Source of the DNA: Promethearchaeati archaeon SRVP18_Atabeyarchaeia-1
GTDB lineage: Archaea; Asgardarchaeota; Atabeyarchaeia; Atabeyarchaeales; Atabeyarchaeaceae
Assembly (NCBI GenBank): GCA_037308085.1
Contig: CP147779.1
Location: 352,001 to 416,000 of the forward strand
Reading direction: 5' to 3'
DNA: 64,000 bases
Shown: positions 19,139-29,463 of the stretch, piece after piece
How positions within the stretch are numbered: position 1 is the stretch's first letter
Layout of the letters: each line of letters begins with the position of its first letter
Program-made: the position numbers and the translations under genes
Notes under the pieces: model-generated
The model's input: only the letters and a program-made list of their open reading frames with translations
Databases searched by the model: none
What the model was told of the DNA's origin: nothing

Positions 19139-19435
19139 ATCAGAATTACGCCAGAGAACTTGACACGCCAAGAATTGATTGGGTTACACGCAAGGATAAT
19201 ACGGAGCACCCACCAAGGATACGTAGACTTGGAAGGCCCCATAATAATGGAATCGCGCAACATGATTGTTCTGCAAAGACGTGGCCCTACACAAGTCAGG
19301 ATACCCAAGAGATCAGTCATTCTGGAGATCTCGACCCCTGATAACCAGAAGGTCAGGATTCTTGGAAGCGAAATAGTAGGGCGACCAGAGAATAGGATAA
19401 AGATGAAGAAGAGGAAGAACGCCCGAAGATTTTGA
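19139..19435 (+). CDS. rnp1: RNase P protein component 1 (Rpp29/POP4); probable ATC start
   Basis: (M)RITPENL.RQELIGL, G.I..E.RNM and G..I.GRPE.R motifs; the conserved N-terminus lies upstream of the TTG at 19160. Confidence 0.88.
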   Translation: MRITPENLTRQELIGLHARIIRSTHQGYVDLEGPIIMESRNMIVLQRRGPTQVRIPKRSVILEISTPDNQKVRILGSEIVGRPENRIKMKKRKNARRF

Positions 19436-19605
19436 AACCGGAAAGAAAGCGACTCGAAAGTCTTTTATACGGAAGACCTTATTTTGCCATCCTAAAGGGT
19501 TATCTTCGGTGAGCAGGTAACAATAACCTAACATGAATCACTGATATTCTGCCATCATGGATCCGCGCCGTCACTTGATAGACTCACGATTGTGTTAAGA
19601 GGTAA

Positions 19606-19938
19606 GTGCTCATGAAGCGAAGCATAGGACTTGATGTGAACCCACCCAAGAGCAAGTGTGAAGACGAGTTATGTCCCTTCCATGGAAGCCTTCCTGTTAG
19701 AGGCAGAGTGTTTGAGGGCACAGTCGTAAGCGGAAAAATGCCGAATACCGTTGTTGTCAGAAAGGAATACTTGTACTATGTCAAGAAGTACATGAGATAT
19801 GAGAGGAGAGGAAAGCATCTACACGCGCACAACCCTCCATGCATCTCGGCAAAAGATGGGGATGAGGTGAGGATTGCCGAGTGTCGACCGCTCAGCAAAA
19901 CGGTCTCATTCGTCGTCATCGAAAAGAAGGAGAAATAA
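19606..19938 (+). CDS. rps17: 30S ribosomal protein uS17
   Basis: CPFHG.L.VRG and ECRPLSKT. Confidence 0.97.
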   Translation: MLMKRSIGLDVNPPKSKCEDELCPFHGSLPVRGRVFEGTVVSGKMPNTVVVRKEYLYYVKKYMRYERRGKHLHAHNPPCISAKDGDEVRIAECRPLSKTVSFVVIEKKEK

Positions 19939-19991
19939 CTCACGATTAATCCAAGACATAGAAGCCCAGACAGGTTAAGGAGGTTCTGAGA

Positions 19992-20411
19992 TTGGCCAAG
20001 AGAATAAAAATACAGATCGGCAACAAGCCCAGAATTAGCAGGGGTTTACCAGTCGGGTCACTCATAACTGCTGCCGACAACTCCGGAGCCAAAGTGCTCA
20101 AGATAATCGCGGTTCCCAGTCATAAGACTAGACTGAACCGTTTTCCTTCGGCGAGTGTTGCAGACATGGTTGTGACTTCCGTCAAAAAGGGTACGCCCGA
20201 AATGAGGAGAAAGATTGTCAGGGCAGTTATCGTCAGACAACGAAAGTCCTATAGACGACCAGATGGAGCTTGGGTTGCCTTTGAAGACAATGCCGCAATT
20301 GTTGTCAGTCCAGAGGGAGAGCCACAGGGGAGCGAAGCACGCGGTCCAGTGGCAAAGGAAGCGGCCGAGAGATGGTCAAAGATCGCAACCATAGCCAGCA
20401 TAGTTGTCTAG
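19992..20411 (+). CDS. rpl14: 50S ribosomal protein uL14
   Basis: ADNSGAK and FEDNAA. Confidence 0.97.
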   Translation: MAKRIKIQIGNKPRISRGLPVGSLITAADNSGAKVLKIIAVPSHKTRLNRFPSASVADMVVTSVKKGTPEMRRKIVRAVIVRQRKSYRRPDGAWVAFEDNAAIVVSPEGEPQGSEARGPVAKEAAERWSKIATIASIVV

Positions 20412-20473
20412 CAACCTTTGGCGGTTGCCAAATAACGGCGACTACGGCAATTGTCGCTGGAGTAGGAGAAAAC

Positions 20474-20848
20474 ATGAAGTCAAAGAGCCCCAGAAAGCAA
20501 AGAAAAGCTATTTATGATGCCCCACTTCACAGAAGGAGAAAAGCTTTGGTGGCGCAACTGTCAAGAGAACTCAGAGAGAAGTATGGCGTGAGAAATCTCC
20601 CAGTGAGAAAGGAAGATGAAGTGATGATTAGAGACGGCATGTTCTCTGGAATTCAAGGCAAGGTCAGCAAGATTGACCACAAAAATTATGCGATCCTCGT
20701 CGATGGGGTGACGGCCGAGAAGACTAGCGGTCAGTCTTATTTTGTCCCCGTCAAGCCGTCACATGTCACGATTGTCAGATTGAAGATGGATGACTGGCGC
20801 AACAAAATACTAAAACGCAAAGGAGCCGAAATAAAGGAGGAGAAATAG
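20474..20848 (+). CDS. rpl24: 50S ribosomal protein uL24
   Basis: S..PRKQRK...APLH and KOW motif; ATG 20474 after a GGAG SD. Confidence 0.96.
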   Translation: MKSKSPRKQRKAIYDAPLHRRRKALVAQLSRELREKYGVRNLPVRKEDEVMIRDGMFSGIQGKVSKIDHKNYAILVDGVTAEKTSGQSYFVPVKPSHVTIVRLKMDDWRNKILKRKGAEIKEEK

Positions 20849-21622
20849 ATGGCTAGGAAAGGAGCGAGAAGGCACCTGAAGAGACTCGCAGCTCCGAGAA
20901 ACTGGAGAATACCTCGTGGCCGATATTCGTGGGCTGTTCGACCACACTGTGGACCACACCCGATAAACACTTCTATGCCGCTCCTCAATCTCGTGAAATT
21001 GGTCCTCGCCCCAAGCTACACTGCTAGGGAAGCTAGGCATGTGCTGTTTCAGGGGAAAGTCCTGATCGACGGAGTGAAGCGAAGCGATTACAAGTTCCCA
21101 GTCGGCTTGATGGATGTGGTGTCAGTCCCTGCAACGGATAGGGTTTACAGAATTCTTCCACTACCCGTTCGAGGACTTACTCTCCATCCTATAGCGAAAA
21201 CCGAAGCAGGGTTCAAGCTCTGCAGAGTAATTAGCAAAGTATCCACGAGGGGAGGAAACCTCCAGATAAATCTCCATGACGGAAGAAACATTCTAGTAAA
21301 GAAAGATGAAGCAAATAAGGAGCTCTCGAGTGTCAAGACGCATGATACACTGAAGATAGAGGTTCCAAGTCAGAAGATCATTGAAACCGTGAAATATGAG
21401 CAAGGAACTCTTGTCTTGATCAGCGGTGGCAAGAACGTGAGTATGATCGGACGCGTCGAAAAGATTCATGAACCCAAAGGCGCTAACCTGTCCACCGACG
21501 TTTCGCTCAGAATAAGTGAAGAGAAGACCATCGAAGTTCCTAGAGACTATACCTTTGCAATAGGAAAAGAAGAGTCCCTCATATCATACCCGAAGCCAGA
21601 AGAACAGCAGGACAAACAGTGA
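20849..21622 (+). CDS. rps4e: 30S ribosomal protein eS4
   Basis: HLKRLAAP..W, GPH, PVGLMDV and LHDGRN. Confidence 0.97.
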   Translation: MARKGARRHLKRLAAPRNWRIPRGRYSWAVRPHCGPHPINTSMPLLNLVKLVLAPSYTAREARHVLFQGKVLIDGVKRSDYKFPVGLMDVVSVPATDRVYRILPLPVRGLTLHPIAKTEAGFKLCRVISKVSTRGGNLQINLHDGRNILVKKDEANKELSSVKTHDTLKIEVPSQKIIETVKYEQGTLVLISGGKNVSMIGRVEKIHEPKGANLSTDVSLRISEEKTIEVPRDYTFAIGKEESLISYPKPEEQQDKQ

Positions 21623-21680
21623 CTCAATGCTGAACTGATCAAGATCCCTACTGGAAGCAACAGAAACAGAAACGCTTTTG

Positions 21681-21827
21681 CTAGGATAGCTTCTTGAAGC
21701 CCAGCTTCTCAGAGACTTCCCTGAAGCAACGGCGGCAGAGGTTTAGCTTATATCGCCTTATTATTGCCTGATGAGAGCCACATCGCGAGCACTGCCTGCT
21801 ACCTTTTCCGTATCGAACTTTGACCAA
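21681..21827 (-). CDS. rps14: 30S ribosomal protein uS14 (zinc-binding), inverted; not in ORF track
   Basis: Manual translation [48 protein letters not shown] (48 aa); TTG start with a GGAGG SD. Confidence 0.95.
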   Translation of the reverse strand: MVKVRYGKGSRQCSRCGSHQAIIRRYKLNLCRRCFREVSEKLGFKKLS

Positions 21828-21888
21828 ACTGAGATCCTCCGGTTCATGACCGAGCTAAACTGTTAGGCGAGAAATAATGAGGATTATG

Positions 21889-21939
21889 CTTAATAAAGCT
21901 TTACATCGCTTGGACAATGCATTACCCAAAACTTAAATG
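21889..21939. promoter_or_regulatory. Divergent BRE/TATA promoters for rps14 (-) and rpl5 (+)
   Basis: Minus strand AAAGCTTTATTAAG (21889-21902); plus strand AAAACTTAAATG (21928-21939). Confidence 0.55.
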
Positions 21940-22006
21940 CGAATGCATGTAAATCAAAGATAGCTGGTCTTGTTCAACTGACGGATCATAGGAGGTCGTC
22001 TAGCTA

Positions 22007-22555
22007 ATGGAGAACGTCGACCAAATAGCGAAGAAGTGGGAAGGAAACCCGATGCTTATGCCCAAAATAAGTGGCGTGGTCGTAAATTGCGCGGTAGGAA
22101 AGTCTGGTGAGCCTCTTCAGAAGGCCATGAAGCTAGTCGAGGAGATAACGGGTCAGAAACCTGCTCAATGCAAAGCAAAGCAGACCGTAAGAGAGTTTGG
22201 TATAAGGAAAGATGAGCCAATCTCATGCAAAGTCACTCTTAGGGGAGACCGTGCAATCGACTTCCTGAAGAGGGCATTGAGCGTAGTTGACTTCAAGTTG
22301 AAGGAGCGGAGTTTTGACGATCAAGGCAATGTGTCTTTTGGAATAAAGGAACACATTCAGCTGCCTGGAGTAAGATATGATCCAGATATGGGCATAATTG
22401 GATTTGACGTAGCCATTACAGTGGAGAGAAAGGGCCGTAGAATTTCCAAGAGGCGCCGAATCAGGAGATCTGTCCCAGAGGCTCACAGGGTCGGAAAGAC
22501 TGAAGCAATGGCCTTCTTGCAGAAGACCTTAGGGGTGAAGATTGTTGGTTCGTAG
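22007..22555 (+). CDS. rpl5: 50S ribosomal protein uL5
   Basis: NPM..PKI, KVTLRG, FD..GN.SFGI.EHI motifs. Confidence 0.97.
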   Translation: MENVDQIAKKWEGNPMLMPKISGVVVNCAVGKSGEPLQKAMKLVEEITGQKPAQCKAKQTVREFGIRKDEPISCKVTLRGDRAIDFLKRALSVVDFKLKERSFDDQGNVSFGIKEHIQLPGVRYDPDMGIIGFDVAITVERKGRRISKRRRIRRSVPEAHRVGKTEAMAFLQKTLGVKIVGS

Positions 22556-22918
22556 GGTCACTTTCAGCCAGACCTTCAAGGCAGTAATCCAGTTCACCAG
22601 GTAACCAAGACATTTAACTTTGATTTCTTCGCGCGTATCCCAAACACGCCGCCGACTCTTCTCATCCTTCTCTTGCGATTTCACGGAGCCGGGCTTTGTC
22701 TTCTAAGAAGAACTGCTGGCAGAAGATGCACTTTGAAACCATGACTTCCTCAATAAGCGCGCTAACTCCCATGGTGACAAATTCAAAAACGCCTAAAAAA
22801 AGAGGCGTGTGGAAAGTCCATTTGGATACATCGGTTTTTCTTCAAGCAACCTTTTGTATGTATAGCGCGCGCTATTAATTAGGCGTAATAGCAAAGTGTT
22901 ATTTGAGGTAAAAATGAA

Positions 22919-23122
22919 ATGCCAATAGTTCAAGTTTCTGTTTGGGAGGGCATTAGCCCTGAGAACAAGAAGAAAACAGTCGAAGGGATAACTAAAGTTT
23001 TTGAAGATTTAGGAGTTCCCAAGGAAGCAGTCGAGATCGTCATTTATGAAGCGCCAAAGAGCAATTGGGCAACAGGTGGACAATTGCATTCAGAAAGACA
23101 CGCACACACGCGCTCGCTATAA
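22919..23122 (+). CDS. 4-oxalocrotonate tautomerase family protein
   Basis: Pro-1 after Met, about 67 aa, V.IVI.E....NWATGG. Confidence 0.88.
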   Translation: MPIVQVSVWEGISPENKKKTVEGITKVFEDLGVPKEAVEIVIYEAPKSNWATGGQLHSERHAHTRSL

Positions 23123-23543
23123 GCAGCGCCACTTCCTCAGCCATAAAACCAGTGTTAGAACCGCAAACATACTCATATCCACAGACTGACAACTTATGTA
23201 ACGCGCGCGCTGCCATTCCAAGACTGCCACATTAATCCCGTCTGCCCGTACTGATATGCGTACACCATTCCACTAATGTTCTTCAAAAAAAGGGGGGAAG
23301 TTTGAGTGTTGCCTACTACTCCGGTGGATCATCTCCTCCTCCAGACCATCGAAAAGTCTTTAAGGTTTAACTCGGTTCTAATCCGCACCGCAACTGCTCC
23401 GTATACCCGTGTTTGGAACACATATCCTGTGAACGAAACATTTAATTTACAGTGTATTTTATGAGAAATAATACTCCTCCGTTTGGGAATTTGTAATGAG
23501 CTTGTTTGGCTCTGATATTCATCATTTCCATTGGGTGATATAA

Positions 23544-23936
23544 GTGACAAGACTTGACTTGCTGTCAGACGCGCTCTCAAACATCTGGAATCATGAGATA
23601 ATCGGGCATAGGGAGGTAGTCTTGAAGCCAGCTTCAAAGCTGATAGGTGCGGTACTACGAGTCATGCAGAAGACCGGCTACATAGGTGAATTCGAGTTCA
23701 TCGATGATTCCAGAACAGGGATATTCAAAGTTCAACTTCTGGGTAGAATAAGCAAGTGCCGAGTTATCAAACCAAGATTCCCAGTAGGGAAAGACGCGTA
23801 TGAGAACTGGGAAAAGAGGTACCTTCCATCGAGGGACTTCGGACTGCTTATTGTATCGACACCTCAGGGAGTGTTGTCCCACCAGGAAGCTAGAAGCAAG
23901 GGCCTAGGTGGACGCCTACTTGCGTTTGTATACTAG
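23544..23936 (+). CDS. rps8: 30S ribosomal protein uS8
   Basis: DALSNI.N, IKPRF, STPQGV and GG.LLAFVY. Confidence 0.97.
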   Translation: MTRLDLLSDALSNIWNHEIIGHREVVLKPASKLIGAVLRVMQKTGYIGEFEFIDDSRTGIFKVQLLGRISKCRVIKPRFPVGKDAYENWEKRYLPSRDFGLLIVSTPQGVLSHQEARSKGLGGRLLAFVY

Positions 23937-24008
23937 CATTCGGTTTAAACCAGCTGATGATCTGAAGACTCGATCCATAAGTATAGCATTCCAAGAAGGG
24001 AAGGTATA

Positions 24009-24572
24009 ATGAGCGTTTTGGGAGAAGAGGTAAAAATCCCCCAGGGAGTAACGGCAAAAATAGAAGGAATGAGGATCCAGATCAAGGGACCCAAAGGACA
24101 AGTCCAACGTGACTTCTCGCATGCTAGCTCGATTGAGATTCAGAAGTCAAGCGGAGGTTTGACCATTCGAGCGCTTTCGGATAGGAGGCGTGCCAAATCC
24201 CTTGTGGGAACTCTGAAGACCGAAATCAATAACATGATACTGGGAGTAACGAAGGGATTCACGTATAAGCTCAAGATGGCGAGCTCCCATTTCCCTATTA
24301 GCGTCAAGGTTGATAAAGATAAGCACATAGTCAATATTGAGAATTTCATAGGCGAGCGCTATCCCAGGACTGCCAACATCGATGGGGAAGTCGATGTTGC
24401 AGTCAAAGGAGACGACGTAATAGTCTCTGGAGCTGACAAAGGATCAGTAGGCCAGACTAGCACTAACATAGGAAGAGCCTGCAGAATCAAAGACAAAGAT
24501 CCTAGAGTGTTCCAGGACGGGATATACCTCTACGAGACTTTCTGTGGAGACGAATCGATCGGGAAGATTTGA
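24009..24572 (+). CDS. rpl6: 50S ribosomal protein uL6
   Basis: GPKG, HFPI, NFIGE and DPRVFQDGIY. Confidence 0.97.
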   Translation: MSVLGEEVKIPQGVTAKIEGMRIQIKGPKGQVQRDFSHASSIEIQKSSGGLTIRALSDRRRAKSLVGTLKTEINNMILGVTKGFTYKLKMASSHFPISVKVDKDKHIVNIENFIGERYPRTANIDGEVDVAVKGDDVIVSGADKGSVGQTSTNIGRACRIKDKDPRVFQDGIYLYETFCGDESIGKI

Positions 24573-24584
24573 GAAGAATATGAG

Positions 24585-25181
24585 GTGCCACTAATGGGTC
24601 AAAAGAAGCCAAGTGACAAAGCACTCCAAGCTAGACGCAAGGTTAAGGCAAAGAAGCCTGACTTCGTTAGGTACGAGAGTTGGCGTTACACAAGACTCAG
24701 GGAGTCTTCGTGGAGAAGGCAGAAAGGTCTGGACAACAAAGTTCGGTTGAAGCTGAAGGGCTGGGAAGTCAGCCCAAATGTCGGCTATCGAGGTCCACGC
24801 GTCGCGCGCGACTTGCATCCATCTGGTTACAGGGAGATTATCGTTCACAATTCGGAGGAGCTTGAGGGAATCGATCCCAAGAAATATGCCGTCAGAATCG
24901 CGCATACGGTCGGGACGAGGAAGAGAATGCTAATACTTGGCAAGACAGAGGAACTGGGCCTGAAAGTCCTGAATCCTGTTTCAGAGATAACGCCCTCTCC
25001 TGCGGAAGTCGAAGCCCCCAGTAAGGGAAAGCAGATAAAAGAGGGAGAAGCTTCTCCGCAGAAGGAAGCTGAGAAGGCGAAGGGAAAGCCAAAAGAAGAG
25101 AAGAAGAAGAAGAAAGGCGCCGAGAGTAAACCCAAAGAGGTCAAAAAGAAGAGTTCGAAGAAGGACAAGAGTAAGAAGTAG
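24585..25181 (+). CDS. rpl32e: 50S ribosomal protein eL32 with K/E-rich C-terminal tail
   Basis: F.R.E..R, WRR.KG.DNK.R and LHPSG. Confidence 0.96.
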   Translation: MPLMGQKKPSDKALQARRKVKAKKPDFVRYESWRYTRLRESSWRRQKGLDNKVRLKLKGWEVSPNVGYRGPRVARDLHPSGYREIIVHNSEELEGIDPKKYAVRIAHTVGTRKRMLILGKTEELGLKVLNPVSEITPSPAEVEAPSKGKQIKEGEASPQKEAEKAKGKPKEEKKKKKGAESKPKEVKKKSSKKDKSKK

Positions 25182-25211
25182 GCCTTAACTGCGACACACA
25201 GGAGGTAATCT

Positions 25212-25667
25212 TTGTTGAGTCTGAGAACCCAAAGAAGACTTGCGTCCCACATAATGAAGATTGGCGAAAACAGGGTCTGGATAGATCCTACAAGAATCGA
25301 CGACGTGGCTATGGCTATCCGAAGAGAAGACATGCAGAAACTAATAAAGGAAGGGGTGATTAGGGCACTCCCGGAGGTCGGAGTAAGCAGGGGTAGAGCA
25401 AGAGTTCTACACCTCAAGAGGAAGAAGGGACTAAGACACGGGCCTGGCAGCCGGAAAGGCGCCATGCACTCTGTGATCCCGAAGAAAAGGATATGGGTGT
25501 TGATGGTTCGCCGTCTTCGAACCTACTCCAGGGGACTCAAGAGCATGAAGATGATTGACAGGCGGACATACCGAATGCTTTATAGGATGATCAAAGGCGC
25601 TTTCTTCAAAAGCACCTCTGATATCGATGACTACTTGAAACAGCACGGATTGATTAGGAGGAAATGA
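25212..25667 (+). CDS. rpl19e: 50S ribosomal protein eL19
   Basis: QRRLAS, RVWIDP and G.GSRKG. Confidence 0.97.
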   Translation: MLSLRTQRRLASHIMKIGENRVWIDPTRIDDVAMAIRREDMQKLIKEGVIRALPEVGVSRGRARVLHLKRKKGLRHGPGSRKGAMHSVIPKKRIWVLMVRRLRTYSRGLKSMKMIDRRTYRMLYRMIKGAFFKSTSDIDDYLKQHGLIRRK

Positions 25668-25673
25668 ACGTAA

Positions 25674-26279
25674 TTGGCTAGAGGTCCAAGGTACAGAGTT
25701 CCTTTCCGCAGAAGGAGAGAAGGGAAGACCGACTACTACCTTAGGCAGAAACTGCTGCGGTCACGCAAACCGAGAGTAGTAGTCAGGAAAACCTTGAAGA
25801 GTATGATCGTGCAGGTGACGCAGGCAAAACCGGAAGGGGATTTCGTGCTTGCCTCGGCCTTCTCCAAGGAACTTCGAAAGAGCGGTTGGCTAGGTGGGAG
25901 TGGCAACACACCCGCTGCTTACCTCACAGGCTACCTAGCAGGTGTGAGGGCCTCAAAAAAGGGTGTTAAAGAGGCAGTCCTTGACATAGGACTCAATGCT
26001 CCGAGCAACGGATCAAGGATCTTTGCTGCGCTCAAGGGATTTGTGGATGCAGGAATCATGGTTAACCATGATAAAAAGATACTGCCTTCAGAACAACGGA
26101 TCAAGGGAGAACACATATCTAGTTATGCAAAAGGATTGGCTGAAAAGAATCCTGAATACTACCAGAAGAGGTTCTCCGACTACTTGAAGAGGGGGCTAGA
26201 TCCACAGCGTTTGCCGAAGCACTTCAGCGAAGTCAAGGAAAAGATTGGCCCGTCAGGAGGAAAACGAATTGAGTCGTGA
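25674..26279 (+). CDS. rpl18: 50S ribosomal protein uL18
   Basis: [10 protein letters not shown] and NTPAAYLTG. Confidence 0.97.
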   Translation: MARGPRYRVPFRRRREGKTDYYLRQKLLRSRKPRVVVRKTLKSMIVQVTQAKPEGDFVLASAFSKELRKSGWLGGSGNTPAAYLTGYLAGVRASKKGVKEAVLDIGLNAPSNGSRIFAALKGFVDAGIMVNHDKKILPSEQRIKGEHISSYAKGLAEKNPEYYQKRFSDYLKRGLDPQRLPKHFSEVKEKIGPSGGKRIES

Positions 26280-26934
26280 GCGATCACCTCGAGAAAGGGA
26301 AGCCCGGCAAAGGGAGACTGAAGAGTGGGCTCCTAGAACTAGGATAGGAAAACTCGTCAAAGAAGGCCGTATCACTACAATTGAGGATATTTTCAAGTCA
26401 TGTGAGATTATTAGAGAATCGGAAATAGTGGATACGCTGGTCCAGAATCTCGAAGAAGAAGTAATAGACATCAACTTGGTTCAGAAGCAGACCGAATCTG
26501 GTGAGAAGTCGAAGTTCAAGGCAACGGTAATAGTGGGTAATGGAAGTGGCTTGGTCGGGTTAGGAGAAGGAAAGGCAAAGGAAGTGGGCCCAGCGATAAA
26601 GAAGGCTGTTAAGCAGGCTAAGTTGAACATCATCCCTGTTCGATGCGGGTGTGGATCCTGGGAATGCAATTGCGGCGACATCCACTCTTTGCCATTCAAG
26701 ATTGGAGGAGAATCCGGAAGTGTGCGCATTACGCTTGTTCCAGCCCCAAAGGGAGTAGGCCTTGCTGTCGCAGACGTGCCCAAAACGGTGCTTCGCTTAG
26801 CGGGCGTCAAGGACGTCTGGTCCTATGCAAAGGGTCACACACGTTGCACAGTCAACTTCGCAAAAGCGACCTTTAATGCACTGAAGAGAACTTACTCTAT
26901 AGTTTCACCAAAGGATTGGGCAGGGGGAATATAG
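26269..26934 (+). CDS. rps5: 30S ribosomal protein uS5
   Basis: W.PRT..G, GCGSWEC.C and PAPKG.GL; TTG start at 26269 after AGGAGG. Confidence 0.97.
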   Translation: MSRERSPREREARQRETEEWAPRTRIGKLVKEGRITTIEDIFKSCEIIRESEIVDTLVQNLEEEVIDINLVQKQTESGEKSKFKATVIVGNGSGLVGLGEGKAKEVGPAIKKAVKQAKLNIIPVRCGCGSWECNCGDIHSLPFKIGGESGSVRITLVPAPKGVGLAVADVPKTVLRLAGVKDVWSYAKGHTRCTVNFAKATFNALKRTYSIVSPKDWAGGI

Positions 26935-26937
26935 GAA

Positions 26938-27420
26938 ATGAGCGAAGCTGGTCCGAGATTGCTAGTCCTGCGGCTCAGAGGAGACGTCGACGTGAGGGAT
27001 GAAATCAGACAGACACTGAAAATGCTTAAGTTGCACAAGGTCAACCACGCCACTTTAGTAGAGCATAGTGAGAGCTACTTAGGTATGCTGCAGAAAGTCA
27101 AAGACTATGCGACGTGGGGAGAAGTAAGCGTCGCTACGTTGGAGAAGCTTCTAGTGAAGAGGGGCAGAGTGGCAGGGAATGAACCCCTTAACGATAAGTA
27201 TGTGACTAGTAACTCAAAATTCGGCTCTGTAAAGAAATTCACTGAAGCCCTTGCTACGTCCAAGGCTTCCGTCAAAGATCTTCGTGGTCTAAAACCAGTT
27301 TTCCGGCTTCATCCGCCGAGAGGTGGGTTTGACTGGAAGAAGAAGCATTCTTTCAAGGAAGGCGGAGAACTTGGCTATAGGGGAAAGGATATCAACAGGT
27401 TACTGGAAAAGATGATCTAG
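26938..27420 (+). CDS. rpl30: 50S ribosomal protein uL30
   Basis: GML.KVKDY.TWGE and FRLHPPRGG. Confidence 0.96.
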   Translation: MSEAGPRLLVLRLRGDVDVRDEIRQTLKMLKLHKVNHATLVEHSESYLGMLQKVKDYATWGEVSVATLEKLLVKRGRVAGNEPLNDKYVTSNSKFGSVKKFTEALATSKASVKDLRGLKPVFRLHPPRGGFDWKKKHSFKEGGELGYRGKDINRLLEKMI

Positions 27421-27457
27421 AGAAAACACATCTGTGAAGAGGAATGGTGTTCCAACA

Positions 27458-27892
27458 TTGCCGCCGAGATTCAGGAGAAAAGTAAGGAGACTACGCGGCT
27501 CAAGAACATGTGGCTGGGGTAGAGTAGCGCAGCACAGAGGATCAGGGCACCGAGGGGGATACGGCAACGCGGGTGGCCACAAACACATGTGGAGCAGGGT
27601 CAATGTAGAGACTCCAGGCTACTTCGGGAAGAAGGGATTCAGGCCAAGGAAATTCATCGTCCGTCCAAGAACGATTGATCTTGAAGGAATATCTCAGGCG
27701 CTGGAGGGAATACCTAAGAAGAGCGAGGGGACTGAGAAGAAGATGAAGATCAACATAGTCGAGTTAGGCTATGAGAAAGTGCTTGGGCGAGGCAGGATCG
27801 GTAAACCCATAAATGTCGAAGCGAGAAGCTTCAGCAAAATTGCAAAGGAGAAGATAGAGTCAGCCGGAGGAAAAGCAACAGTAGTGGCTTAA
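27458..27892 (+). CDS. rpl15: 50S ribosomal protein uL15
   Basis: RGSRTCGWG, RGG.G.AG and FGKKGF. Confidence 0.96.
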   Translation: MPPRFRRKVRRLRGSRTCGWGRVAQHRGSGHRGGYGNAGGHKHMWSRVNVETPGYFGKKGFRPRKFIVRPRTIDLEGISQALEGIPKKSEGTEKKMKINIVELGYEKVLGRGRIGKPINVEARSFSKIAKEKIESAGGKATVVA

Positions 27893-27953
27893 AAGTAATC
27901 TCATTTGGGAACTTTTCTTCGACAACCAGAGCAGCAAGGATGGTAGCCAGATA

Positions 27954-29402
27954 ATGGTACGCTTCATAGACGTATTTGGATCCATGGCTAGGGTGATTCC
28001 CACTGTAAAATCACCTGACAGAAAAGTTCAGTTTAGAGAGAAACTTGGGTGGACTGTAATTGTACTTGTTATTTTCTTGCTCATGAGTAACATCCCGCTT
28101 TATGGGATTGCCCCAGGCACACAGACGACTGACTATTTGTATTGGATGCGCGTGATACTGGCTTCTACTCATGGAACATTGATGGAACTGGGAATTGGAC
28201 CCATAGTCACGGCGGGTCTGATAATGCAGCTTCTCGCTGGTTCCAAGATAATCAACATAGATCTCTCGAACACTGAAGACAGGTCAAAATTCACTGCATC
28301 CCAGAAGTCTCTTGCAATGCTGATGACCGGTATCCAAGCTTTAGCCTACATTGTGAGCGGAGCTTACGGGTCATTGGCATTAATCAGTTCGATTGTGGTG
28401 TTCCTCCAGCTCATGGTCGCTGGGCTGGTGGTCGTACTGCTTGACGAGCTGACGCAGAAGGGATGGGGGCTGGGCAGCGGAATAAGTCTTTTCATCGTTG
28501 CCAACGTAGCCCAGCAGATCCTGTGGCGCTCCTTCTCTCCAATTCGGGGAGCCGACTCGTATTATGTCGGAGCAGTGCTCGCCTCGTTCCAAGCCTTGGC
28601 CACTGGAGGTCTTCAGGCACTTGGCACGGTGTTTTGGACGAGACCCAGCGATTCCGGCAGTACCTTTGGGTTATTCGCCACAATAGCTGTCTTCGTCGTC
28701 GTAATCTACTTTGAGACCTACAGGGTCAACATACCTCTCCAATATGCGAAGTACAGAGGCTTCAGAGGCAGCTACCCCATAAAGTTGCTCTACGTATCTA
28801 ACATCCCAGTAATCTTGGTTCAATCCCTGTTTGCCACAATACTGTTCTGGGTTCAACTCGTTGCCAAGGGCAACACTGGCGGCTCAGCAAATCCTTGGCT
28901 AAACCTCCTTGGCGTCTTCAACAAGAATATTGATGCAAGCGGAAATATCACCTACCAGCCTATAGGGGGTCTCATATACTACATTACGCCGCCTGTCAAC
29001 GGCCTCGTTAGTGTAATCCGGGATCCGATCCAGGCCATCGTCTACTTGTCGCTGATGGTCTTCCTTTGCGCAGGATTTGCAAGGATCTGGGTCGAGTTGT
29101 CAGGTATCGCACCTAGGGACATTGCCAGCCAGTTACACAGCTCCGGGATGCAGATTCCTGGCTTCAGACGATCGCCTGCCATTATGGAGCAAGTGCTTCA
29201 AAGATACATCCCAGTAGTCGCCCTTCTTGGCGGGATGATTGTGGGTCTGCTAGCCGCGTTGGCAGACTTCTCTGGCGCTCTAGGAACAGGTATGGGAGTA
29301 CTGCTGACGGTTGGCATAATTTACCAGCTATATCAGACCATTGCCCAGGAGCAGCTCGCTGATATGCATCCTGCTATTCGCGGGATGCTGGGTGTCAGTT
29401 AG
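27954..29402 (+). CDS. secY: Preprotein translocase SecY/Sec61alpha
   Basis: GTLMELGIGPIVT, GLGSGISLFI, YPIKLLY.SNIP and IPGFRR. Confidence 0.97.
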   Translation: MVRFIDVFGSMARVIPTVKSPDRKVQFREKLGWTVIVLVIFLLMSNIPLYGIAPGTQTTDYLYWMRVILASTHGTLMELGIGPIVTAGLIMQLLAGSKIINIDLSNTEDRSKFTASQKSLAMLMTGIQALAYIVSGAYGSLALISSIVVFLQLMVAGLVVVLLDELTQKGWGLGSGISLFIVANVAQQILWRSFSPIRGADSYYVGAVLASFQALATGGLQALGTVFWTRPSDSGSTFGLFATIAVFVVVIYFETYRVNIPLQYAKYRGFRGSYPIKLLYVSNIPVILVQSLFATILFWVQLVAKGNTGGSANPWLNLLGVFNKNIDASGNITYQPIGGLIYYITPPVNGLVSVIRDPIQAIVYLSLMVFLCAGFARIWVELSGIAPRDIASQLHSSGMQIPGFRRSPAIMEQVLQRYIPVVALLGGMIVGLLAALADFSGALGTGMGVLLTVGIIYQLYQTIAQEQLADMHPAIRGMLGVS

Positions 29403-29463
29403 GTAAGACGAAATGTGACAAGTGAGCGGACAAGGAGAATGAATTAGAACAGACGGAAAGGAT

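Noticed and set aside
21766-21870. CTGATGA...CTGA as a C/D sRNA or hammerhead ribozyme
   Set aside because: It is mostly the antisense of the rps14 coding sequence, and the hammerhead GAAA/stem II is missing.
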